This document shows, piece by piece, positions 38,231 to 49,959 of a stretch of DNA of 64,000 nucleotides. The stretch comes from Felis catus. Taxonomy: Eukaryota. The position numbers were made by a program, and so were the translations under genes. Position 1 is the first letter of the stretch. Every line of letters starts with the position of its first letter. The stretch covers positions 109,060,001-109,124,000 of the forward strand of contig NC_058368.1 in assembly GCF_018350175.1 (NCBI RefSeq), given 5' to 3'. The notes beneath the pieces were generated by a model that was not told where the DNA came from, did no database searches, and worked only from the letters and a program-made list of their open reading frames with translations.

Positions 38231-38941
38231 TTAAGTTGGATACAGTTAAATAAATCAGTAATGGTGTGTTTTTTTTGAAAGAATATTATTCAGCATTTAA
38301 AAACAGTATTTAAGAATTTTTTTTCAAGTCTTATTTATTTACGCGATCTCTATACCCAACATGGGGCCCAAACTCATGTCTCTGAGATCAAGAGTCACAT
38401 GTTGTCATGACCGAACCAGCCAGGTGCCCCTAAGAACTATTTTTAATAATATGATAAAATACTTGTGATATAATGCAAGTATTAAAAAATAGTATGTAAT
38501 AGTATTAACCAAATAATGATTGCATGCTTGAACAAAATATGTGTAAAATACACACACAAAAAAAAACAACTAGAAGGAAATATTTCAAAGTGTTAACAGT
38601 AAGTATGTCTGGGTGGGGGATTTTAGATGACTTCTGTTTTAGTTTCCTTTTTGTAGTTTTCCATACTTCACAAATGTTTGACAAATATATTACTTTTGTA
38701 ATCATAAAGAAGTTAAAAAATATAAACTTTTATTAAGTGTCAACTAAGTATGAGGTCTCAGGGACCAAAGATGAAGAACATGAAGAATACAAAATTCTTG
38801 CTCATAGTGGGCTCAGTCTAGCCAAATTATAAATTCCAGTCTGTGTGGCCTTGGCAGCTAGCCCAGTGCCCTGACCTGGGGCTGATCTCTGTGGAGCTGA
38901 AACTCAGGTCAAAGTCATTTTCTGCTATCCAGACCCGGGCT

Positions 38942-39171
38942 TTTAAAAAAAAAAAATTTTTTTTTAAATGTAGATTTACTTTCGGGAGACAGCGAGAGAC
39001 AGAGTGCAAGCAGGGGAGGGGCAGAGAGAGAGGGAGACACAGAATCAGAAGCAGGCTCCAAGCTCTGAGTGGTCAGCACAGAACCTGACGTGGGGCTCAA
39101 ACTCACAAACCGTGAGATCATGACCTGAGTGGAAGTTGGACGCTTAACTGACTGAGCCACCCAGGTGCCCC
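38942..39171 (-). mobile_element. CanSINE
   Basis: Reverse SINEC body. Confidence 0.9.
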
Positions 39172-40209
39172 AGACCTAGGCATTTTTATACCTCTCCTCT
39201 CTGCTTGAGCAGCTGTCACCTACGTCTACCCTGATTTGGTTTCACCAAGCCACACTTGCTCTGCTGAAGCAAATTACCTTATCACTGGGGTTCTATTTAA
39301 CAGACCGCCAAATGGCTTATAAAAAGTTATGAGGACTTGAAAAAAAATTATAAGGATGTGAACTATCAGTGTCTCAGTTTGGCACAGAAGTCTTCAACCT
39401 GATTTTGAGAACCGTGAGACTTTTATCTAATGCTGCAAATTTGACCTTCCTTGTCAAACACTCTCCTTCTAACTTCCCTCTGTGCTCTTGTCCCTGCAAA
39501 ACCCACCATTTCACGCTCCCTCTGTTGCCTTCCTGCCATTCTGTTCCACTCTGGACAAACATCTGTCCTCCTTGAAGTATATCTCTGGGTGCTTTCTCCA
39601 CATCCTCACCCTGACAGAGACCTAGCTTCCCCCTGAGCACCCCACTTCCTTTCTGGTCCTGTCTCACTGAGGCTATTTATTTCCCACTTCCTGTGAAATT
39701 CAGAGCCAGGTAAATTCTCGGCATTTACCTAGATGTTCACTGGCGGTTCCAAACTAGAACCCCTTCTCCTTCACGTACATGAAATACCTCCTTCAAGGTT
39801 AATGCTGTACCCTTATGGTTGCTGTTACCAACAATCTGCCCAGTTGCTTATCCACATTCTGTGAGCTCTCTGGAACCCAGTCTGAGATACTGATGACTTT
39901 TGTGCTCAGGAGCATGAGTAATCTTACACCTACCTCAGCTTCAGGGTACTTGACCTTTACCCGTACTTCAGTCCCTCACTGCCAAGGACACACCCTCGTC
40001 CCTGTCAACAATCACAGTAACTCTGCCTCATTCCAGTACCTTTTGTTTTCCTCACAACCCTTCAGTTCTGACCTTGGTTCCTTTTGCTTCCAGTTTATAC
40101 TTCATGATCCCCTCAATTCAGTCACCTAACTCTGGGCCTTTTGTTTACTCAAACCATTTTACTCTTCACTCTCAATCCAAGATGCTGAATTAAGATACAG
40201 GAGAGGGGA

Positions 40210-40442
40210 CAGGCACCTGGGTGGCTCAGAAGGTTGAGCGGTTGAGTGTCTGACTTAGGCTCAGGTCATGATCTTGTGGCTTATGTGTTTGAGCCCCACA
40301 TTGGGCTCTCTGTTGTCAGTGCAGACCCTGCTTTGGACTCTGTCTCCCTCTCTCTGCCCCTCCCCTGCTGGTTCTCTCCCTCTCTCTGTCTCTCTCTCTC
40401 TCTCTTCTCTTCTCTTTCTCAAAATAAATAAACTTAAAAAAA
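40210..40442 (+). mobile_element. CanSINE
   Basis: SINEC body; TSD-like aagataca(g/a)gagagggga. Confidence 0.88.
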
Positions 40443-41597
40443 GATACAAGAGAGGGGAGATCACCGATGGGTTGGAGGAACGTGTCGGCTGGGAGAGTGA
40501 CAAATGGGTTGAGGGTCCAGCTGTGATTGGAAAAGGAAATGCGTAGAGACGCCAATTCACATGGTTGTATGATTTTTCTCCAGTATCCCAGGGTAGGAGT
40601 GAAATGCACACCTGGTTGGATTTGGGGTTTGTAGTTCAGGTGAACAGAATGACAAGATAGTAGAGGAACTGAGACTGACTGAGCCAAAGGACCATAGTAT
40701 TCAAGAGGAAAGGGAAAAAAACATGACAACTTCTGTTGTGCTAGCATGCTGTGTCCATCCACTTTTTTTCTTTATTTAAGGTGTATGAGAACCTGGCACA
40801 GTGTTAAGATCTAGAGCTAGAGTGCAGATCAGCCCAAGGTGTCAGAATCTGCCCCATCTCTCTTAGACTATTCACCAAGGACGTGACCATGTTGATATGA
40901 AACCTGAGGAGGCTGAATGCGGTCACTTGGCATGGGCAAAAGTTTAGATTTCAGTTTTAAACATAATGAGATGTAGCATTAATAATTAAAAGTGTAGGCA
41001 AGGAGGCAGACCCACCAGAGTTTTAATTGGGACCTGTCACATACTAACCAGAGCAACTGCATAAATTATTGAACTTCTCTTTGGCTGTAAAGTGAGGACA
41101 ATGAGAATATCTACCTCATAGAACTGATGTGAGGACTAAATGATGTCACGGGCTATTGATATTATTATTATTGTAACATCGCAACAGCAAAGAGGATGGA
41201 TACTTGATCAGGACTAATTTCCACCCTAACTTGGCATCTAGCTCAGAAGATTAAGATCATCAATAACTTATATTATCCAAATTTAACAAAGTCTCCTTAT
41301 ATCTTCCTATGGAATCTTACTCCAATATGACTCATATCCCATCTTATCTCATAAGGAGACGAAATGTTCCTATGTATCTTTTCTCTTGGTTAATTTCTTC
41401 CAGACTTACGACTTTAAATACCATCCATATGAAGATAACTCCCTGATTTATATCTCATTCTGACCTCTCCTATGAGAGGTCTCCTATGAACTTCATATTC
41501 ATATATCCAACTATCTCCAAACTTATACTGAAATACAAGTTTAAAATATTAATATACTTACATATAAGTTTATTTTTATATTTAAAGTATACCTCTT

Positions 41598-42695
41598 GCA
41601 CAGGCAACAAAAGAAAAAATAGATAAATTGGATTACACCAAAATTTAAAACTTTTGTGCATAAAAGGACATGATCAACAGAGTGAAAAGGCAACCATGGA
41701 AGGGGAGAAAATATTTGGCAGTCACCTACCTGATAAGAAGTTAATATCTAGAATATATAAAGAACTCCTACAACTGAACAACAACAACAACAACAAACAA
41801 CTCAATTAAAAAAAATGAGCAAAGGACTTCATGGACATTTCTTCAAAGAAAATACACAAATGGCCAGTAAGCACATAACATAATGCCCAACATCACTAAT
41901 CATGAAGCAAATACCAATCCAAACCACAATAAGACATCATCTCATATTCATTAGGATGGCTGCTATTAAAGAAAAATAGAAAATAACAAGTGTTGGTGAG
42001 GATGTGTAAAAATTGGAACCTTTGTGTGCTGTTGATGGGAACGGAAAATGGTGCAGTTCCCTATAGAAAACAGCATGGCCGTTCCTCAAAAAAAATAAAA
42101 ATAGAATTGCCATGCAATCCAGCAATCTCATTTCTTAGTATATACTTAATAGAACTGAAAGCATGGACTTGAAGAGATATTTATATACTCATGTTCCTAT
42201 AGCAACACTATTCACAGTAGCCAAAAGATGGAAGCAACCGAAGTGTCTATTGACAGGTAAATGAAAGAACCAACTGTGGTCTATACATACAGTGGAATAT
42301 TATTCAGCCTTGAAAAGAAAGAAAATTCTGACATATGCTATAGCACAGATGAACCTTGTGGACAGTGTGCTTAATGAAATTGGCCAGTCATACCAGGACA
42401 CACAGGACTGTAGGATTCCAGTTATATGAGGTACCAAGAGTGGTCCAGCTTATAGAATCAGAAAGTAGAAGGATGGTTGCTAAGGGCTGGGGGGGGGAGG
42501 GAGAGAGTGGGAAGTTAGTGTTTAATGGGGACAGAGTTTCAGTTTTGCAACATCAAAAGAGTTCTAGAGATGGATGGCAGGAATGGTCGTACAACAATAT
42601 GAATGTACTTGATGCCACTGAACTCTATTCTTAAAATGGTCAAGATGATAATTTCATGTCATGTGTATTTTACCATGATAAACTTTTTAAAAAAT
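41598..42695 (+). mobile_element. L1 ORF2 end and 3'UTR
   Basis: KIKIELPCNPAISFLSIY; gtagccaaaagatggaagcaacc; L1M 3'UTR. Confidence 0.9.
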
Positions 42696-42699
42696 TAAA

Positions 42700-43640
42700 A
42701 TGAAGTAAAACTTGTAATTTCCCACACCCCCACCCACCCCATCAATTTCCTCATTCTAAAAATTGGCACCAAGTTGCTTAGTCCAAAACTCCAGGATTTG
42801 TCCTTAATTTCCTCCCCTCCTGCCCATATCCAATAGTAAGTCATGTAACCTTTTGCTTCCGAAATATATTCTGAATTTATCCGTTCATCTCTTTCACAGA
42901 TACTGTTATACCTCAGGCCATCATATGCTCTGGCCTGTGGTGCCACACTGGCTTCCTAAGCAGTTGACCTGTTTTCTTTCTTGTCCTCTCCAGTCAATTG
43001 GTATAGCAACCAGAGTGCTCTTTTTATGGTAGAAACCACCCGTTTTTCTTTCTCTACTTAAAAATACTCTGATAGTTCCTCATCGCACCTATAATAAAAT
43101 CCAAACTCCTTGCCACTGTTTACAGGGCGCTAGATGATCTGGTGTCCATACAAACTGGCCTCCCTCCAATGTCTCTGACCTTATGTCCCATCACTACTAG
43201 CTTTGATCACTATGTTCCAGTCACGCTGGTCTTCCCTCTGTTGTTCCAACACCCCCAAGCACATGCCCTTTCCTTGCAGACTTAGCATTTGCTGCGCCTC
43301 TGCTTGGTACACTCTCTTCCCAGATCTTCACGTGATAGGTTCCTTCTGATGCCTTGTGTCTCAGCTTAGCTATCACCTTCTCAGAAAAATATTCATTTAC
43401 CATTCAATCTAAGGTAGCCACCCACTGATTGTCACTCTTTACACTGTCATTCTCTTCTGTCTTTTCTTGGCACTTACCACTACTAGAAATTCATATTTGT
43501 TTTCACAAGTTTATCGTCAGTTTCACCACCATCTCCCCCCCCCCCCACTAAAGTGTGAGCTCTGTGAGAATAGATACCTTGTTTGTTTCCTCGATTCCCA
43601 GAACCCAGAACACTGTTGGGCACATTACATCCTATTTGCT
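42700..43640. mobile_element. L2-like remnant
   Basis: ataaaatccaaactcctt, actaaagtgtgagctctgtgagaatagatacc...cccagaacactgttgggcaca. Confidence 0.55.
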
Positions 43641-43899
43641 GACTGAAGGAAGAAGTAAGTAACATCAATGACTCAATTTTCCTTCTATATCACATACAGA
43701 CATAAAAGCCTTTTGGCTGAACTGATATTTCTAACATTAGCCATCACCAATATCTTTTCTATCTATTCTAGAATGTGGTAACCAGTCTTCAAAAGGCAAG
43801 CAACATATCTGACATTTCATTTTATGCAGGTATACCCTCAGGGGAATGAGTTTACATTCCTACTGTTGCTGAAGTGTGTAGCAATGTGCAATTATTTAC

Positions 43900-44461
43900 C
43901 TGGAATTTAAAAATTGTCCTGTATTTCTTGAAGCCAGATTGTAGGTTTTCACACTGGAAATTACACTTGTTCAAAGTAAAATTCCAGACATCTAAGTCTT
44001 TGAAAACTTGTTCAAAGTATTTCATTACATACTTTTTCTAGTCCTAAGAATGTTTCACGGTTCATTCCCTTCACGGTTAGTTATCTATCTGTCCAGGACA
44101 AAATAAATTGGGACTTAAAAGGCAGGACCATATACCAGCACAAATGTGATTTCTCTGCCTCTTCTATCTGTGCAAACCCAAACTCCTTCAAAGTCAAACC
44201 TCTAACCACAGTGGGGCCCATGAATATAGACTATTCTGTCATTATTTTTGAGGTGTGTCTGCAGTGGACACCAGGGCACCAGTGGCACAAAAGTACTGCA
44301 TTCCCACTGACAAATGAAGTCCTGCTATGCCAAGTTCAACTGCAGCTGTTCTACTGTACCCAAAGCGCTGGTAGGCATGGGTGATGAAATGCTACTTGGG
44401 ATGTTGTCTGATGAGGGGGATAGACCCCTATTCCTCCACTCTTGAGTCATACTCTGATGTT
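43900..44461 (-). pseudogene. Two further exon-like segments (44136-44461 and 43900-43953)
   Basis: tttgccttcgcctcag|...TGCTG|gtatat, and a 54-nt aatttccag|CENLQSGFKKYRTIFKFQ|gtaaat. Good splice signals, but protein similarity is unclear. Confidence 0.35.
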
Positions 44462-44571
44462 CTGAGGCGAAGGCAAATGAAATGTCACAGAGATCTTGTC
44501 AAAAAAAATAGCTATTCCAGATTTCACTTTCTATAAAATCTGTACACAATCTGTGGAATTGACAGCATTAC

Positions 44572-44744
44572 CTGGGCAGACCCTCTGAATCATCCTTCAC
44601 TCCGATAATGAAGCTATAACATTGGACTAAGCCTGGACCTCCTCTCTTTTCTCAAAAGAGGAGTTCTTTCTTTGGAGGCTTCTCCTTCCTCAGGCAAGTT
44701 AAGGGCTGCCTGCTTCAGCTCACTTAATGTAAACACTTCCGAAT
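44572..44744 (-). pseudogene. Fossil exon, N-terminal region
   Basis: ttctccatag|AT...CCCAG|gtaatg; DSEVFTLSELKQAALNLPEEG...(frameshift) QCYSFIIGVKDDSEGLP vs recalled GREB1 GFLLVGVKSPSLP. Confidence 0.45.
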
Positions 44745-45117
44745 CTATGGAGAACTTGTAGTTCCAAAAGTGTTTCTTTAGTCAATAAGCAAAAATAAAA
44801 ATAACTATAGCTAATACTTATTTCACACTTAACATGTGCTAGCTAGGCACTGAGCTCACCACTACCATCTGGGAAATTGAGGTTTGGAAAGTTTATAAAC
44901 TTGCTCACGTTTACAAGCTAGGACTTGAAGGAGTCAGTAATTGAATGCTGACAGCTATACCCAGAGACTATGCTCTTAACTAATGCACTGTATTGTCTCC
45001 TAACCTGGAAGTAATTATAAAGTTTCCAAAATTCTATCTTGTTGAATAGAAGATAAATCAAGGAGTTATAGATGTTTATTCTTCCTTATTTTAATCCATT
45101 ATTTAATAATCTGTGTA

Positions 45118-45303
45118 TTTTTTTTAACATTTTTTTTTTTTCTGAGAAACAGAGCATGAGTGGCGGAGGGACAGAGAGAGAGACACACAGTATGAAGCAG
45201 GCTCCAGGCTCTGAGCTGTGAGCACAGAGCCCGATGTGGGGCTCAAACCCGTGACCAGTGATATCCTGATGGACGCTTAACTGACTGAGTCACCCAGATG
45301 CCT
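45118..45303 (-). mobile_element. CanSINE
   Basis: Reverse SINEC body with an internal deletion. Confidence 0.85.
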
Positions 45304-45471
45304 CTTAACCTCTCTTTTAAAAGATGCAGTTTCAATAATAATAACCTTCAGAAAGTAATCACTGCCCCACCTAGAACTGGAAGCCGCTGCTACAGGTTGC
45401 TCTTTGCTTTGTACACATAGACAAGCCTTTTTTGGCAAAAGATTTGTTTTCTTAAAATCTTTTTTGGTAAC

Positions 45472-45755
45472 CTACTGAATTGTTTTCAGACCCTTCAGGA
45501 GTGTTTTCTGATGTCCAAGTGATATTTCTTAAGTTAAGACCTTTTCACTTTTTTTGGTCTGGGCGCAGGTCAGCATTCTTCTCAGAGAAGCTTTAGTTTA
45601 TTTTGAAATATTGAAACAATTTTGAGAATTGATACAAAAAAAGTTTATTTTCAAGAAGCTTGGTTTTCCTTTTCAGTTAGTTCCAGAAAAGGACTGTTAC
45701 TTGAGATAAGATGTTAGAAAGGATTAAGTGCACTTTTGAAGGCAAAGCCAGACAT
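45472..45755 (-). pseudogene. Possible first coding segment of the fossil gene
   Basis: cctgaagATG: MSGFAFKSALNPF*HLISSNSPFLELTEKENQAS...NITWTSENTPEGSENNSV G|gttacc; phase 1 fits the next segment (AT TCG GAA). Family similarity is weak. Confidence 0.3.
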
Positions 45756-46065
45756 CTTCAGGAGGCAGGAATATTGTACATATAAACAAAATGACTAGTA
45801 TCTGTGTTAACACTCTTATCTCAAGTTTTAAAAATCTATGTTTTTATGTTTTAGGAAAATGTTTATATTTTCTTGCATAAAACATGCTGGCTTGTCCTCT
45901 ATTTTTATTTTCAATTTAGAATATAATCACTATTAAAGAGTGTTTATCCAAGAGATTACATTTAAACAATATACATTTAGTTCTCTATCACCAAGCCACT
46001 GTTATAAAAAAAGGAATATGCTGCAATGTTAAATTTAGCAGCCCTAATTTTTAAAGGCTTTATAA

Positions 46066-46560
46066 CAGTGCTGTCCAATAAGATAGCCACTAAAGCTACA
46101 TGTGGCTACAGAGCACTTAAAATGTGGTTAATCCAAATTGAAGTGTGCCGTAAAATACACACTGGATTCTTAATATTAGTATGAAAAAGAAAAGTAAGAT
46201 CAATGATTTTTTATATTAGAATATAAAATATCTCATTAATTTCTATGTTGATTACATGATGAAATGATAATGTTGGAAATCTCAGACTGAATATTATTAA
46301 ACATATTATTAAAACTAACTTCATCCATTCCTTTTTACTTTTCTTAATATGTAGTGTTTCCAGATAAAACATGGGACACCCAGTTACATGTGAATTTCGT
46401 ATGTTCCTGCTTATATTTTAACACTATAAAATTATCCCTCTTTTAAATGAAATTCAAATTTTCACTGGGTATCTTATATTTTTATTTGCTAAAGCTGGTA
46501 ACTTTATTAATATGACTACTAGAAAAACTTAAATTATAAACGTAATCTATTGGACAGTGA
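46066..46560. mobile_element. MER33-like hAT element
   Basis: TIRs cagtgctgtccaataaga / tctattggacagtg. Confidence 0.65.
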
Positions 46561-47256
46561 AACTTTAGAAGCATCTAGTTTTGTTTTGTTTTACCAGCTA
46601 TTGAGCCAATTGTGCAGAAACACCTAATCTGAAGGAACATTTAATCCTAGACTGGGATCGTCAATACTCTCGAAGTTAAATTTTTACATTTGTTTTAACA
46701 AGTTAAAGGACAACAAAGTGGCTTGACGCAGACCAAAGTATGGAAAGGGCATTCGGATTAGAATTAAAAGTCATTGCTCCCAGCCTCTCCATTAGGGTAG
46801 TTAACGGTTCCACTTTCAAAACAATCCCTGCCACTGTTACAAGGATGGGCGGTGTCAAGGTCAGTTAACTGGCAGGGAGACTCTGGGCCAGTCACAGTCC
46901 CTCAAGAGAAGTCAGTAAAAAGTTGGCGGGGGTGGAGGGACGGTATTTTTATACTTGACCCTCGCACTCCGGTGGTCTAGCCATCCCCTCCCCTGGCTCC
47001 GCGCTGGGCCAGACGCCAAGGCGTCGAGTCTCACTGCCTTCCTAAGCCGAACCACGGCTACCTGGGTTGCAAGACCAAGACTGTTCCTGCAAAGGTCCGG
47101 CGCCAACCAGCTAGACCCCAGATCTGCGCCCCGTGAGAGCCACCGGTGCACGCAGCGGCTGGGGCCCGCCCACCCGCCGTCACGCACAGACCCAGTCCCG
47201 CCTCTCCGTCTGCGCCGCTAAGCCCAGAGCCCGCCCCAGCCTCGAGCTCCATGTAA

Positions 47257-48060
<804 letters not shown>

Positions 48061-48262
48061 TAATGGCCACCTTGAAGAGGGTGCCAAGAAGGCCACAGTG
48101 GTCCCTAAGATACTCTAAGACCGTGAATAATCAAAGACTTTTTCTAGATGGAGATGGGGGTGTTGAGCAAATTCAGAGCTTGGGCCAAGGGGCTGTCACC
48201 GCTTTTTCTCTAGCCTCTTGGCATCTGTTCAGAGAGAAACACTCCTTTCTTAAGAACTTGTA

Positions 48263-48484
48263 GGGGCGCCTGGGTGGCTCAGTCGGTTGAGCGTCCGACT
48301 TCAGCTCAGGTCACCATCTCACGGTCTGTGAGTTGGAGCCCCACGTCGGGCTCTGGGCTGATGGCTCAGAGCCTGGAGCCTGCTTCGGATTCTGTGTCTC
48401 CTTCTGTCTCTGCCCCTCCCCCATTCATGCTCTGTCTCTCTCTGTCGCAAAAATAAATAAAAATGTTAAAAAAAAAAAAAAAAG
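48263..48484 (+). mobile_element. CanSINE
   Basis: SINEC consensus; TSD aagaacttgta. Confidence 0.92.
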
Positions 48485-49946
48485 AACTTGTAAAACTAAG
48501 GGAAGCATGTGTATAAAATAGTCACGGTGCTCCTTTCTCCAGTTACTCTTTCCTCACCCACCCTCACCCAAAATGTCGGTCTAGTCATACCCTATCAGAG
48601 ATTGTTTACCTTTTGCTTATGTTTAGTTACCAGAATTATAGGACCCATTCATCTGAACATCGATTCAGGTTGACTTGTTCACCTGGAATGCTTTAGAATA
48701 TTCGAAGGCCATGTCGTTGGGCAGATTTAAAGCATACAACTTTAGTTCATAGGAAGCATGGGGGGGGGGTGCTTCTTATTCCCCAACCCCTTGGATTTTC
48801 CTTTTTGGGTAGCTTTGTCTCTCCCAGTGACCCTGCAGTCATTAGTACTACATGTATGGCATCACGTTAACGGATGCTTGTAGATGTGCTTTGCATCTTA
48901 TTCAGACACTGGACTCCCTGGGGTCTCAAGCAGAAATGAACTAGCAGAGCAGTGAAAAGAGTCCTCCATAGGCACCTAGGTGCCCAGGTTCACAAAGTGT
49001 CAGGATCAGGGATTCACAGATGAGAGAAAGCTTCCTGGCAATGGCATCTTGCTGAATCTGGAATGTTTAGCTCCAGTCTGGAACAGCTGGAAACAACCTG
49101 GAAGGAGGGCAGGGTTCACAGGGAGAGTTCTAAAAGGGAGTGTGCACAGGTCCTGATATGGCATCAAACCCTCCTGTAAGCCCACAGGGGTTCTGGAGGC
49201 CCCTTTTATGTTGCTTCTGGAGGCTGTCACCCTTCAAGGGAGTCTGATCACTGCCTTGAGCCTCTTGTGTCCATGGATGTGCACGCTTGTGCTCTGTATG
49301 TTTGGATGTTTGATGTCCCCAGCATCTGTGCTTCCTTACTGCCATGTATATGTAATAGGAGTGTGATCTGAGCCCCACTGGGATCTCTCAGCTAGTGATA
49401 TCATTCCACTGTCCTGAGGTATTGATACTTGACAAGAGAGGCACTGAATGGAGGTAGCTGACAGTGCTTTGTGACCCAAGAGTCTACAGAGAATCAAAAC
49501 TCCTAGTCATTACAAGTCCTCGCTCCTAGCGTCACAAGCAAGTCTGTCACACCCCTGGAAGCCAGTGAATTGTGAAAGCAGAGGCTGTCCCTCAGGTTGC
49601 TTGCTGAGGCCACCAAGGGGAAGCCATACTTCATGACACAGGAGTCCCTGCAAATTCTGCTTCTGGCTGCCCAATGAAAGGGGAAGCAGTGAATTCACGA
49701 GAAGCTCATGGCATCTCTTTGGATTTTACCCTGACTTCTAGAGTCCCTTGGCTTACCCTACTCATTTGCTCTTGCTTCACTGCCCCTATCCTGTCTTGGG
49801 CTAAGACTGGTGGTGGCACTGATGAGCTCCCAAAGGTCGGCTATAGTGGAAGGGTCCTTGACCTACATTGCTGCCATTGTCAGTCTTTTCCTTTTTTGTA
49901 TTTAGCCTATTTATTTAGCTGTCTTGGCAGTTTCATAAGAGCTGCC

Positions 49947-49959
49947 TGCCCTTTTACCT
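49947..49959 (-). promoter_or_regulatory. DR1 element (candidate PPRE) in SLC22A5 intron 1
   Basis: Minus strand reads atgt AGGTAA A AGGGCA. A functional PPAR-alpha element is known in intron 1 of mammalian SLC22A5. Confidence 0.65.

Larger units (their letters stand above)
21700..45755 (-). pseudogene. Putative degraded multi-exon GREB1/GREB1L-family pseudogene, antisense to and interleaved with SLC22A4 (overall span)
   Basis: Several non-repeat minus-strand segments, many with AG/GT ends, whose broken translations match recalled GREB1/GREB1L motifs in collinear order. No database search was possible. Confidence 0.6.
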
